A stretch of 64,000 bases of DNA, taken from NCBI GenBank assembly GCA_963789955.1, contig CAWBMV010000034.1:928001-992000 (forward strand), given 5' to 3'. Shown piece after piece: positions 40,624 through 50,294 of this stretch; the stretch's first letter is position 1; every line of letters starts with the position of its first letter. A program made the position numbers and the translations under genes. This stretch comes from an uncultured Candidatus Rokubacteria bacterium (lineage in GTDB: Bacteria > Methylomirabilota > Methylomirabilia > Rokubacteriales > CSP1-6). The notes beneath the pieces are model-generated. The model was not told where the DNA came from, did no database searches, and saw only the letters and a list, made by a program, of their open reading frames with translations.

Positions 40624-41331
40624 TCACGCCGCGGCCGGCGGGCGGCACACGCGGCAGGGTCGATATCCGACGCTCGCCGCATCGGCGACCGACGCGAAGA
40701 CGATGCGATTGGCCTCGCCCACTCGCTGCTCGTGGGCGCAGCCGCGCCGGCAGATGATCCGCGTGCTCGTGCAGCCGATCAGCGCCGGGGTCGTGCGCTC
40801 GAGCCGCAGCAGCTGGGTCTTCATCACGCCACCGAACGCGTAGTGGCCCCAGGTGCCGTCGCCGCGAACGATCCGGTGGCAGGGGACGATCACCGGCACC
40901 GGATTGGCGCCGAGCGCGTTGCCGACCGCACGGGCGGCGCGTGGATGGCCCACGCGTCGCGCGAGCGCCGAGTAGGAGTCGACCTCGCCGAACTGAATGC
41001 GGTTCGCCTCGGCGAGCACGCGCGCCTGGAAGTCGCCGACGCCGTCCAGGTCGACCGCCACCGTGAAGAACGTCCGGCGGCCGGCCAGATATTCCCGCAG
41101 CTCTTGCCGAGCCCGTTCGGCATGGGCCCGCGCGCGGGCGGACGCGCCGTGATCGCCGCGCCCGGGATAGAGCCGCGCCACGCCACGCTCCGTCGCGTCG
41201 ATCCTGAACCGATCGGCCAGCTTCTCGAGATTCGCCGGCCGGGCCCTGAGGCTGCCGAGGAGACGCTCCGACAGCCGCGGCGGCGCTTCGGGCTTGAAGA
41301 ACTCTCCGAGCATCGCGTCGATCCGATCCAT
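40624..41331 (-). CDS. Methylated-DNA-protein-cysteine methyltransferase with C-terminal Ada metal-binding domain
   Basis: RAVGNA, PCHR, then TRIICRRGC...GYRPCRVC. Confidence 0.9.
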   Translation of the reverse strand: MDRIDAMLGEFFKPEAPPRLSERLLGSLRARPANLEKLADRFRIDATERGVARLYPGRGDHGASARARAHAERARQELREYLAGRRTFFTVAVDLDGVGDFQARVLAEANRIQFGEVDSYSALARRVGHPRAARAVGNALGANPVPVIVPCHRIVRGDGTWGHYAFGGVMKTQLLRLERTTPALIGCTSTRIICRRGCAHEQRVGEANRIVFASVADAASVGYRPCRVCRPPAAA

Positions 41332-41335
41332 GTCG

Positions 41336-41794
41336 CTATTCCTCCAGCGCTCGCTTCAAGATCGCCTTGCCTCGCGCGAGCTGACTTTTGACCGTGTTGA
41401 CCGAGATCCCTCTGATGGTGGCGAGCTCGCGGTACCCGAGGCCGTTCACGTAGTGCAGTGCCAGCAGCACGCGCGCCTCACGCGGCACCGTGTCGAGCGC
41501 GCGCGCCAGGTCCAGCCGCTCGACCGCCGCGCCGGTCCGTCCGCGCGGCAGCTCTTCCGGCGGTGTGCGGCGGCGCCGGCGCAGCTCGTCGATGCAGACG
41601 TTCGTGAGGACGCGATAGAGCCACGTGGACACCGCCCACCGGCTGACGTACGACTCGCGCGCCTCGAAGGCCTTCAGCAGCGCCCGCTGGACGGCGTCCT
41701 CCGCGTCGGCTCGGTTGCCGAGCAGGCGGTAGGCCACCGCGTACAGCCGGGCGGCGTACTCTTCGGCGGTGCGGGCGAACGCGCGTTCGTCCAT
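41336..41794 (-). CDS. ECF RNA polymerase sigma factor
   Basis: DAEDAVQ, WLYRV..N, region 4 YRELA...TVKS. Confidence 0.9.
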   Translation of the reverse strand: MDERAFARTAEEYAARLYAVAYRLLGNRADAEDAVQRALLKAFEARESYVSRWAVSTWLYRVLTNVCIDELRRRRRTPPEELPRGRTGAAVERLDLARALDTVPREARVLLALHYVNGLGYRELATIRGISVNTVKSQLARGKAILKRALEE

Positions 41795-41857
41795 CTCGAA
41801 CAGTTATACGCGGCAGACGGGCGGATGGGTGGAGGGCGCCTGCAAATCGGGGAAGGG

Positions 41858-44185
41858 CTACGGCGATTCGGACCGCGACCGGGCCGCGCGAAGCGCTTCC
41901 CACACGCTCGCCGAGGTCAGCGGCACGCGCGTGATCTCGACGCCGCGGTCGGCCAGCGCGTCCTCGACCGCGTTGGCGATCGCCGGGACGGGCGAGATGA
42001 TGCCGCTCTCGCCGACGCCCTTCACGCCCAGCTCGTTGCGCGTCGACGGAAAATCGAGCGCGATGACCTCGAGCGGCGGCACCTGGTCGGCCTTCGGCAC
42101 GCCGTACTCCATCAGCGAGCCGGTCAGAAGCTGTCCCGCGTCGTCGTAGATGAGCTCCTCGGCCAGCGCGGCGCCGATACCCTGGACGATTCCGCCGTGA
42201 AGCTGGCCCTCCACGATCATCGGGTTGAGGGGGCGGCCGCAGTCGTGCACCGCGACGTAGCGCAGCAGGCGGAGCGCCCCGGTCTCGACGTCGACCTCGA
42301 GAGCGCAGGCGTGCGCGCCGAACGCCCACGTCACCGTCTCCGGGCGGAAGAACGCGCACGCATGGAGACCGGGGGCGCCGTCTCGCAGCAGAGTCGGGCT
42401 CCGCAGCGACGCGCGCGCCAGCCGTCCGATATCGACGCCGCGCTCGGTCATGCCGGCGACGTGCGCGCGGCCGCCGGCGAGCACGACGTCGGACGGCGCG
42501 CACTCGAGGAGCTCCCCGGCGACGAGCCGCGCCTTTCGCGCGACCTCGCGCGAGGTGCGCGCCACCGCCGGGCCCGCCACCGCGGCGACGCGGCTCGCGA
42601 TCGTGCCGTTGCCGTAGCCGACGACGGCGGTGTCGCCGCCCACGACGACGATGCGCTCTGTCTCGACGCCGAGCTCGGCCGCGCACACCTGCGCCAGGGT
42701 GGTCTCGTGCGCCTGGCCTTGCGAGGAGACGCCGATCTGGAGATAGATCATCCCGCTCGGATCGATCTTGACGTCGGCGCCCTCGAACGGCCCGATGCCT
42801 GTCCCTTCGAGGTAGGCGGACAGGCCGATCCCGATCGGCCGCGGGGACGCGCGCCGCGCCGTCTGCGTGGCGCGCCACTCGTCGTAGCCGAAGCGGGCGA
42901 GCAGGCGGTCGAACGCAACCGGATAGTCGGCGGGATCGTAGACGATCGGAACGCCGTCGCGGTACCGCAGCCCGGTCGTGTAGGGCATCTCCTCCGGGCG
43001 AATGAGATTGCGGCGCCGCAGGGCCGCCGGATCGAGACCGGCGCGGCGTGCCGCGCGGTCGAGAAGCCGGTCGAGGACGTAGGCGACTTCGGGCCGTCCG
43101 GCGCCGCGATAGGCCGCGCTGAACGTCTTGTGCGTCACCACGTTGACGGCCGAGCCCTTGAGGTGCGCGATCCGGTAGGGCCCGGGCAGATGGTTGATCG
43201 TGTTCAGCGAGATCACGTCGCCGATCACGGGATAGGCGCCGCCGTCGCGCGTGAACTCCGTCTCGACCGCGGCAATCGCGCCGTCGCGGGCGACGCCGAG
43301 GCGCGCTCGATGGCGCTGATCGCGATCGGGCGCCGTGGCCATGAAGTGCTCGCGCCGCGTCTCGATCCATTTCACCGGCCGCCGCAGGCGGCGCGCCACC
43401 GCGGGCAGCAGGACGTCCTCGGGATAGACGTGACCCTTGGCGCCGAAGCCGCCGCCGACGTCCGGCGCGATCACGCGGACTTGTTCTTCGGCGAGGCTCA
43501 AGGCCGCGGCGATCGCGGCCCGGACGGCGAACGGCACCTGGGTCGACGTCCAGATCGTCAACCGACCGTCCGGAGCCTCGGGCTGGACCAGCACGCCGCG
43601 AGGCTCGATCGGCATCGCGGCCACGCGCGGCACGGTGAGCCGCGCCTCGACGACCACGTGCGCTTCACCGAAGCCACGGGCGATGTCGCCGACCACGCCG
43701 TCGGAGGGGCCGGCGGCGTTGTCGGGCCACTCGTCGAACACGCGCGCGGCGCCGGTCGCGAGCGCCGCGTCGACCGTTGCGACCGCCGGCAGCACGTCGT
43801 AGCGAACGTCGACGAGCTGGGCGGCATCGGTGGCGCGATACACGTCGTCGGCAACCACCACCGCCACGGCCTCGCCGGCGTGACGAGCCTTCGGCCCCGC
43901 GATCGCCGGCTGAGCGTAGGGCCTGAGCCGGGGCGACGGCACGAGCGGCGGCACCGCGGCGGCGCACTCCGGCAGGTCGGCGAACGTGAGGACCGCGACC
44001 ACACCCGGCTCGGCCAACGCTCGGTGCGCGTCGATGCCGAGAATGCGGGCGTGGGCGTGAGGGCTTCGCACGATCGCCGCGTGCAGGAGGTCGGGCAGTC
44101 GCAGGTCGTCGACGTAGCGGCCCTGCCCGGTGAGAAAGCGACGATCCTCGCGGCGTTTGACGGAAAGGCCGATGGGCGTGCTCAT
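41858..44185 (-). CDS. Xanthine dehydrogenase family molybdopterin subunit (CoxL form II-like)
   Basis: GGGFG.K, AYRGAGR, QGQ.HET, KGVGE. Confidence 0.9.
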   Translation of the reverse strand: MSTPIGLSVKRREDRRFLTGQGRYVDDLRLPDLLHAAIVRSPHAHARILGIDAHRALAEPGVVAVLTFADLPECAAAVPPLVPSPRLRPYAQPAIAGPKARHAGEAVAVVVADDVYRATDAAQLVDVRYDVLPAVATVDAALATGAARVFDEWPDNAAGPSDGVVGDIARGFGEAHVVVEARLTVPRVAAMPIEPRGVLVQPEAPDGRLTIWTSTQVPFAVRAAIAAALSLAEEQVRVIAPDVGGGFGAKGHVYPEDVLLPAVARRLRRPVKWIETRREHFMATAPDRDQRHRARLGVARDGAIAAVETEFTRDGGAYPVIGDVISLNTINHLPGPYRIAHLKGSAVNVVTHKTFSAAYRGAGRPEVAYVLDRLLDRAARRAGLDPAALRRRNLIRPEEMPYTTGLRYRDGVPIVYDPADYPVAFDRLLARFGYDEWRATQTARRASPRPIGIGLSAYLEGTGIGPFEGADVKIDPSGMIYLQIGVSSQGQAHETTLAQVCAAELGVETERIVVVGGDTAVVGYGNGTIASRVAAVAGPAVARTSREVARKARLVAGELLECAPSDVVLAGGRAHVAGMTERGVDIGRLARASLRSPTLLRDGAPGLHACAFFRPETVTWAFGAHACALEVDVETGALRLLRYVAVHDCGRPLNPMIVEGQLHGGIVQGIGAALAEELIYDDAGQLLTGSLMEYGVPKADQVPPLEVIALDFPSTRNELGVKGVGESGIISPVPAIANAVEDALADRGVEITRVPLTSASVWEALRAARSRSESP

Positions 44186-44240
44186 GAGATTGTCGTCAAG
44201 GTTGTGGCAGTATAGGCGCGGACCCGGGGAGGTCACACGC

Positions 44241-45164
44241 ATGAACTATCGTCCGGTCGAGGGATGGGGGCGGCTGCCCGAGGGATGGTCGTTCGTCGAG
44301 GCGACGAGCGTCGCGGTCGACGCGAAGGACAACGTGCACGTGTTCAATCGCGGCGAGCACCCGGTCATCGTGTTCGACCGCGAGGGGAAATTCCTGAGGT
44401 CGTGGGGCGAGGGCGTATTCCGGCGCGCCCACGGGATCACGATCGGCCCGGACGGCACGCTCTGGCTCACCGACGACCTGCATCACACCGTCAGGCAGTT
44501 CACGCCCGAGGGCAAGCTGCTGCTGACCCTGGGCGATCCCGACACGCCGTCGACGCTGCACGGCGGCAAACCGTTCAACCGTCCGACGCACGTCGCGCTG
44601 TGCCCCAAGAACGGGGACATCTACGTCTCGGATGGATACGGAAACTCGCGCGTCCACAAGTACGATCCGAAGGGGCGGCTGCTCTTCTCGTGGGGCGAGC
44701 CCGGTACCGATCCAGGTTGCTTCAACATTCCGCACAACATCGCCACCGACGCCGAGGGGCGCGTGTACGTCGCGGACCGAGAGAACCATCGGGTGCAGAT
44801 CTTCGACGACAAGGGCAAGTACCTCACGCAGCTCAGCAACCTCTACCGGCCGTGCGGGCTCTTCGCCGATCGGCGCAACGGGGGTCTGCTCTACGTCGGC
44901 GAGCTGCCGGCGGCGCTCGCGGTCAGCGCCGAGGTGCCGAACATCGGCGCGCGCGTGAGCATCGTCACGCTCAAGGGCGAGCGGGTGGGCCGCGTCGGCG
45001 GCCGCTTCGCCGGCGAGAAGCCCGGCGAATTCGTCGCCCCGCACGGCTGCGTCGTCGACTCGCGCGGCGATCTGTACGTCGCGGAAGTGTCGTGGACGGC
45101 GCTCGGCCGCGATCTGAAGCCGCCGCGTGAGATCCGGTCGCTGCAGAAGTTCGCCAAGGTATGA
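44241..45164 (+). CDS. NHL-repeat protein (PAL-like)
   Basis: FNRPT.VA, SDGYGNSRV, ADRENHRVQIFD. Confidence 0.88.
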   Translation: MNYRPVEGWGRLPEGWSFVEATSVAVDAKDNVHVFNRGEHPVIVFDREGKFLRSWGEGVFRRAHGITIGPDGTLWLTDDLHHTVRQFTPEGKLLLTLGDPDTPSTLHGGKPFNRPTHVALCPKNGDIYVSDGYGNSRVHKYDPKGRLLFSWGEPGTDPGCFNIPHNIATDAEGRVYVADRENHRVQIFDDKGKYLTQLSNLYRPCGLFADRRNGGLLYVGELPAALAVSAEVPNIGARVSIVTLKGERVGRVGGRFAGEKPGEFVAPHGCVVDSRGDLYVAEVSWTALGRDLKPPREIRSLQKFAKV

Positions 45165-45727
45165 CCGCGATGGCCGACCGGCTCCTCGCAGCGCTGGCGG
45201 GCTCCGGGGCGCGTCGGTACGGCGCCGAGGTCGTCTCCGAGCTCGAGCACGCGCTCCAGTGCGCCGAGCTCGCTCGCGAAGGATCGGCCGACGAGGAGCT
45301 GCAGCTCGCGTGCTTGTTGCACGACGTCGGCCGGTACGCCATCGATCAGTCGCTCGTGGCCGATACCCTGGAGGCGATGCGGACCGGCCCGAGCGCCCGA
45401 GGCCATCACGAGCTCGGCGCCGACCTTCTGGCGCCGTGGGTGCCCGAGCGCGTCGCGTGGTGCGTGCGCATGCACGCCGACGCCAAGCGTTACCTGTGCG
45501 CGACGGAGCCGGGGTACTTCGATCGCCTCTCGCCGGGCTCGCGGCACACGCTCCGGCTCCAGGGCGGCGTCATGTCGCCGGACGACGTCGCGCGGTTCGC
45601 CGGACACCGGTGGGCGCGTGACGCCGTCGCGCTGCGGCGCTGGGACGACGAGGCGAAGGTGGTGGGCAAGCCGACGCGATCGCTCGACGAGTGGGCGCCG
45701 TTTCTGCGGCGCTGGGTGTCGCGATGA
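45161..45727 (+). CDS. HD-domain protein, PhnZ/TmpB-like
   Basis: EHALQCA, LLHDVG, H..AKRYLC, LQGG, RRWDD.AK. Confidence 0.8.
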   Translation: MTAMADRLLAALAGSGARRYGAEVVSELEHALQCAELAREGSADEELQLACLLHDVGRYAIDQSLVADTLEAMRTGPSARGHHELGADLLAPWVPERVAWCVRMHADAKRYLCATEPGYFDRLSPGSRHTLRLQGGVMSPDDVARFAGHRWARDAVALRRWDDEAKVVGKPTRSLDEWAPFLRRWVSR

Positions 45728-45999
45728 GCCCGCTCGCGGACGCGCAGGTCACCGCCGAGCTCGCGCAGACGCCGGGATGGAAGCGGGCCGGCAAGGCGAT
45801 CGAGCGAACCTATCGCTTTCCGGATTTCAAGGCGGCGATGGTCTTCATCAACTGGGTGGCCGCGCTCGCCGAGCGGGCGAACCACCATCCCGATATGACC
45901 ATTCGCTACAACGAGGTCACGGTCTCGGTGTGGACTCACTCCGACGGCGGGCTGACGACGAAGGACTTCGCTCTCGCGCGCGGGATCGACGCACTGTAA
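45724..45999 (+). CDS. Pterin-4-alpha-carbinolamine dehydratase
   Basis: AERANHHPD, WTH..GGLT.KD. Confidence 0.92.
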   Translation: MSPLADAQVTAELAQTPGWKRAGKAIERTYRFPDFKAAMVFINWVAALAERANHHPDMTIRYNEVTVSVWTHSDGGLTTKDFALARGIDAL

Positions 46000-46509
46000 G
46001 TGCCGGCCGCCGACCCACTTCCCGAGGTGTTCCGGGCCCGCTTCGCGACGCTCGAGGAGCAATTTCTCTCGAAGGACCCGGGCGACACGTTCTCCGAGTG
46101 CTTCGGCTGCGGGCCTCGACACCCGATCGGTCTACGTGTACGCACCTTCAAGACCGGCGAGGGCGTGCTGGCGCCGATCCTGGTCCCGGCGCGCTACGAG
46201 GGACCGCGGGGCGCGACCCACGGCGGCATCGTCACCGCGTATCTCGACGAAGTGCTGGCCGGTGCGGCGGTCAACGCGACCGGCCGGCTCTCCGTCACGG
46301 GTGAGATCACCGTGCGCTTCGTGAAGCCCGTGCCCCTCGAGACCCCGCTGCTTGGACGTGGACGCCTGACCGCGCGCTATGACCGCTACGTCGACGTCGA
46401 AGGCTCCATCGAGGAGCTCGAGACTTCCGAGGTGCTGGCGAGGGCGCGCGCCCGTTTCTTCTTCCAGGATCGAAGCGCGCGCGCCGCGCCGCCCGTCGCC
46501 GAGCGCTAG
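46000..46509 (+). CDS. PaaI-family thioesterase
   Basis: CFGCG, HGGIV..LDE. Confidence 0.85.
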   Translation: MPAADPLPEVFRARFATLEEQFLSKDPGDTFSECFGCGPRHPIGLRVRTFKTGEGVLAPILVPARYEGPRGATHGGIVTAYLDEVLAGAAVNATGRLSVTGEITVRFVKPVPLETPLLGRGRLTARYDRYVDVEGSIEELETSEVLARARARFFFQDRSARAAPPVAER

Positions 46510-47153
46510 ATCCGCGCGAGGAGCGCGAGCGTCGGCGCCTTCTTCGGCGCCGCCTGGTAGCGGCACTTGAGCTCCGGGCGCTCGAGGATCTCCACGTAGG
46601 TGCCCATCACCATGCGGTAGTAGGCCGGGTGCCGACCAGCTGGACCACCGTTGTACTCGGTGAGCGCGTCTTTGATGTTGGGCTTGCGCGTCATGATGTC
46701 GCGCAGGTAGGCCATCGCGAACTGCGTGCTCACGGTCGGGATCGCCAGATCGCCGAGATCGCGCTGTCCTTTGAGGACCGGACGCTTGAAGGGGCCGACT
46801 TTCGACTCGAACAGAGCGGCGGTCGACGGCAGGGTCTGGAAGAGTCCTACCTCCCCGGCGTTGCCGACGGCGTCGTGCTTGAACTCCGACTCGATCTCCG
46901 CCTGCGCCAAGGCCAGGCAGTGATCGATCTGCGTGCGCTCGCTCTCTGCGAAGAGGACTTCCGGAAAGTGCTGGAACGCCTTGATCGGGGCGCCCGGGTT
47001 CTTCTCGCCGATGTACGCCAGGACCGCTCGATTCAGCCGCTCCGTGTTGGCCTCGTTTGCGACAGCCAGGACCTGGCGCGTCAGCACGACTCCACCAAGG
47101 GCGATCGCGCCTACCAACGTCAAGCTCGCGAGCACTCTGTTAAGTCTGCGCAT
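46506..47153 (-). CDS. Lytic transglycosylase (SLT domain)
   Basis: IES.F, GLFQ, EYNGG; N-terminal TM/signal. Confidence 0.85.
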   Translation of the reverse strand: MRRLNRVLASLTLVGAIALGGVVLTRQVLAVANEANTERLNRAVLAYIGEKNPGAPIKAFQHFPEVLFAESERTQIDHCLALAQAEIESEFKHDAVGNAGEVGLFQTLPSTAALFESKVGPFKRPVLKGQRDLGDLAIPTVSTQFAMAYLRDIMTRKPNIKDALTEYNGGPAGRHPAYYRMVMGTYVEILERPELKCRYQAAPKKAPTLALLARI

Positions 47154-47188
47154 GCAGCCCCTCCTTACTGTTTTTGTACGCGACCTAT

Positions 47189-47254
47189 CCTGATTCAGCT
47201 GTGACTACCCGATTCGACCGTGACTGCCTGATTCAGCTGTGACTGCTGTGACTA
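47189..47254. repeat. 19-bp tandem repeats (three full plus one partial)
   Basis: cctgattcagctgtgacta / cccgattcgaccgtgactg / cctgattcagctgtgactg / ctgtgacta. Confidence 0.85.
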
Positions 47255-47279
47255 CGGAAGGTGAAGGTGAAGTTTTTGA

Positions 47280-47308
47280 AGTATCGCACGGGCCGATGGA
47301 CTACGCAA
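47280..47308 (-). promoter_or_regulatory. Putative sigma70 promoter of the SLT gene
   Basis: TTGCGT-N17-GATACT on the minus strand. Confidence 0.4.
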
Positions 47309-47408
47309 CAGGATGTTGGTTCGTTCCGGATATCCACAACCGGCAGGGGCAGAATTCCAGGACGGAACGACTGAAACGACGCAGAGTTACCGCGAGCGAC
47401 GGGTTAGC

Positions 47409-47648
47409 TCAGCGCGGACGGCGTGGTAGTCGCGTCGTGGCCGGGGGAATCGTCCGATGAAACTCGCTCGGGTCGTTGTCCATCTTGCCGCCGACGGCGG
47501 TGCCGCACTCGGCGCACACGTAGTCGTACTTGCTGCCGGAGGGAAGGACGAGCAGAAGCTTCTTGCGGGCCGGCGTCGCGCGCCGACAGCGGGGACAGAA
47601 GAGGCTGGTCGCCTCGAACTCCTCGAAGCTGTCGCGCGGCGGTGTCAT
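47409..47648 (-). CDS. Small zinc-ribbon protein
   Basis: CPRC...CAECG. Confidence 0.75.
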   Translation of the reverse strand: MTPPRDSFEEFEATSLFCPRCRRATPARKKLLLVLPSGSKYDYVCAECGTAVGGKMDNDPSEFHRTIPPATTRLPRRPR

Positions 47649-47704
47649 CGTCCGAATTCTACACCGGGCCTATAATGCCGGCACGCTTCCTGAGGAGGAA
47701 CGCG

Positions 47705-49311
47705 ATGTTCCGCTCGCGGCTCGCGCTCAAGATCACCCTGCTCATCGTGGCCGTCCTGATCGTCGGCTTCGGCGTCTCGACGATCGTGACGATCCGGCGC
47801 GAATCGGCGGCGCTCGTCGAGCAGAACAAGCAGGCGGCCCGCCGGCTGACCCAGGCGGTCGTCGCGAGCGTCGAGGCCGCGATGCTCCAGGAGCGGCCCG
47901 ACGTGACGCGGAGCCTCATCCAGGAGCTGCGCGAGCTGCGGAGCCCGGCCGGTCGAGGATGCCTCGCCGCTCGAATCGCTGATGATCTACCGCCGCAACG
48001 GGGTCGAGGCGTTCACCGACATGGCGACGGCGACCGAGGTGGCTCGCAACGCCGGGCTCTCGGACGAGGTCATGAAGAACATCGCGAAGATGCAGCGGGC
48101 GCCCGGCGCGACGATGTCGGGGCCGCTCTTCACGCGGGCGCTCGAGACCCTCACGACCGCAGGAGTCGCTGGAGGTCGACAACGGCGTCTCCCTCTTCAC
48201 GATGCACTATCCGATCCTCAACAAGGAAAAGTGTCAGGGCTGCCACGGCAGCGATCACAAGGTTCGGGCGGTCGTGCGGATCGCGACCTCGATGGAGCCT
48301 GTCTTCGCCGAGGTCAGGCGCCACCGTAACCGGCAGCTCCTCATCGCGGCGCTGACGATCCTGGCCGCCGCCGCCGTCCTGACGGTGGCGATGAGCTCCG
48401 TCGTCGTACGGCCGATCGCCGCGCTCTCGGCGGTGGCTCGGCGCATCGGCGACGGCGACTTCGAGGCGCGGGCGCCGGCCGCCGCGCGCGACGAGATCGG
48501 CGATCTGGGCGGCGCGTTCAACGATATGACGTCGCGGCTCTCTCGAGCCCACTCGGAGCTGGAGACGAAGAACAAGGAGCTCGAGACCGCGCTCCAGAAT
48601 CTTCAGGAGTCGCGCCAGCGGGTGGCGCTCCTCGAGCAGCTGAAGGGCGAGCTCGCGAAGTTCGTGCCCGACGCCGTCAAGAAGCTGCTCGAGCTGAATC
48701 CGAACGCGACCGAGCTCCAGAAGCGGACGGTCGAGGTCTCGGTGGTGTTCCTCGACATCGCCGGGTACACGAAGCTGTCCGAGCAGCTCGACGCGAAGCG
48801 GCTCAACCAGCTCGTGCAGACGTATTTCTCGAGCTTTCTGGAAATCATCCAGAGCCATCACGGCGACGTGAACGAGACGGCCGGCGACGGCCTGATGGTC
48901 ATCTTCCAGTCGGAGCGCAGCTCGACCGACCACGCGCTCAACGCGACGCGAGCCGCCTTCTCCATTCACCAGCGCACGGGCACGCTGAACGAAGAGTACG
49001 GCGGCATGTTCCCGGCGATCCAGCTCCACATGGGCATCAACACCGGCGAGGCGCTCGTCGGCGCGACCAAGCTCGGCACCGGCGCCGGGCAACGCTGGAC
49101 GTTCACCGCCACGGGGCCGACGACCAACGTGGCGGCGCGCTTCGCCGGCTCGGCGCAGGGCGGCGAGATCGTCGTGGGGCCCACCACCGCCGACCGAATC
49201 CGCGGCCACTTCGTCCTCGAGAGCCTCGGCGAGAGGGCGTTCAAGAACGTCTCCCAGCCGATTCACGTCTATCGCGTGATCCCGCCGGGCATCTACGAGA
49301 AGATCGTCTAG
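47705..49311 (+). CDS. Class III adenylate/guanylate cyclase with periplasmic CxxCH domain and HAMP, frameshifted
   Basis: TM helix, CQGCHG, TM helix, HAMP (DEIGDL), FLDIAGYT, GDG, NVAAR. Confidence 0.85.
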
Positions 49312-50262
49312 GTGAGCAGGCGCACACGCGTCGGGATCTGCGCGTGGGCCGACCCGGCGCTCATCGAGTCGGGGGCCTTCTATCCGCGGAAGTCCATGTC
49401 GGCCGAGGCGCGACTGCGCCACTACGCGAGCGTGTTCGACGTCGTCGAGGTGAACAGCTCTTACTACGCGATCCCCGATATCCGGAACACGCAGCGCTGG
49501 GTCGATCGCACCCCGGCGGACTTCGTCTTCCACGTGAAGGCCTACTCGCTGCTGACCGGCCATCATCCCCGCGCGGAGACCGTGCCGGCGGACCTCACCG
49601 CCCTCTTGCCGGCGAGCCCGCGGCGCACGCGCCGCGGCGAGATCGACGCCACGAGCTTCTCACCGGAGGCCGTCGATCGGGCGTTTCACCTGTTCCGGAC
49701 CGCGGTGCGGCCGATCGCCGAGGCCGGCAAGCTCGGCTATGTGCTCTTCCAGTTCGCGCCGTGGGTCCATTTCGACTCGACCCGGCTCGACTATCTTGCC
49801 TCGTTGCCGGCCCGGCTGCCGGGCTGGACGATCGCGGTCGAGTTCCGCCATCGCTCGTGGCTTCCCGACCACCTCGACGAGACACTGCGGGCTCTGACCG
49901 ACGCGCGGCTCGCCCACGTCATCGTCGACGCGCCACCGGCCGGCCACGCGATCCCGCGCGTCACCACCGCGACGGCGCCGACGGCGGTCTTCCGGCTCCA
50001 CGGCCGCAACGCGGAGGGGTGGCTGCGCCAGCTCCGCGGCGAAGAGCCGTCGGTGCGGGAGAAGTACGACTATCTCTACAGTGAAGGAGAGCTGCGGGCG
50101 CTGTTACCGGAAATCGAGGCGGTCGGCGAGGAGACGGAGGAGGTCTTCATCTCTTTCAACAACAACAACCGCGACTACCCGGTGAAGAACGCGCTGATGA
50201 TGAAGCGGCTCCTGGGCCAGCCCACGCCGAACGAGTCTACGCCGCTCGACCTGTTCACCTGA
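49312..50262 (+). CDS. DUF72 family protein
   Basis: VEVNSSYY, VEFRH, RLHGRN, YDYLY, FNN. Confidence 0.9.
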   Translation: MSRRTRVGICAWADPALIESGAFYPRKSMSAEARLRHYASVFDVVEVNSSYYAIPDIRNTQRWVDRTPADFVFHVKAYSLLTGHHPRAETVPADLTALLPASPRRTRRGEIDATSFSPEAVDRAFHLFRTAVRPIAEAGKLGYVLFQFAPWVHFDSTRLDYLASLPARLPGWTIAVEFRHRSWLPDHLDETLRALTDARLAHVIVDAPPAGHAIPRVTTATAPTAVFRLHGRNAEGWLRQLRGEEPSVREKYDYLYSEGELRALLPEIEAVGEETEEVFISFNNNNRDYPVKNALMMKRLLGQPTPNESTPLDLFT

Positions 50263-50294
50263 GGGGCCGTTTCCTCTGGTAGAATCGTAGCCCC

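Noticed and set aside
47189..47254. CRISPR array or c-di-AMP (ydaO) riboswitch upstream of the SLT gene
   Set aside because: The repeats are contiguous with no spacers and no cas genes are present; only a GCTGAATC fragment resembles ydaO and the other conserved elements were not seen.
47330..47338. DnaA-box-like ATATCCACA
   Set aside because: A single mismatched box with no cluster or dnaA context.
47400..47430. tRNA-like start GGGTTAGCTCAGC
   Set aside because: No anticodon arm, T-arm or acceptor pairing follows; it coincides with a CDS stop.
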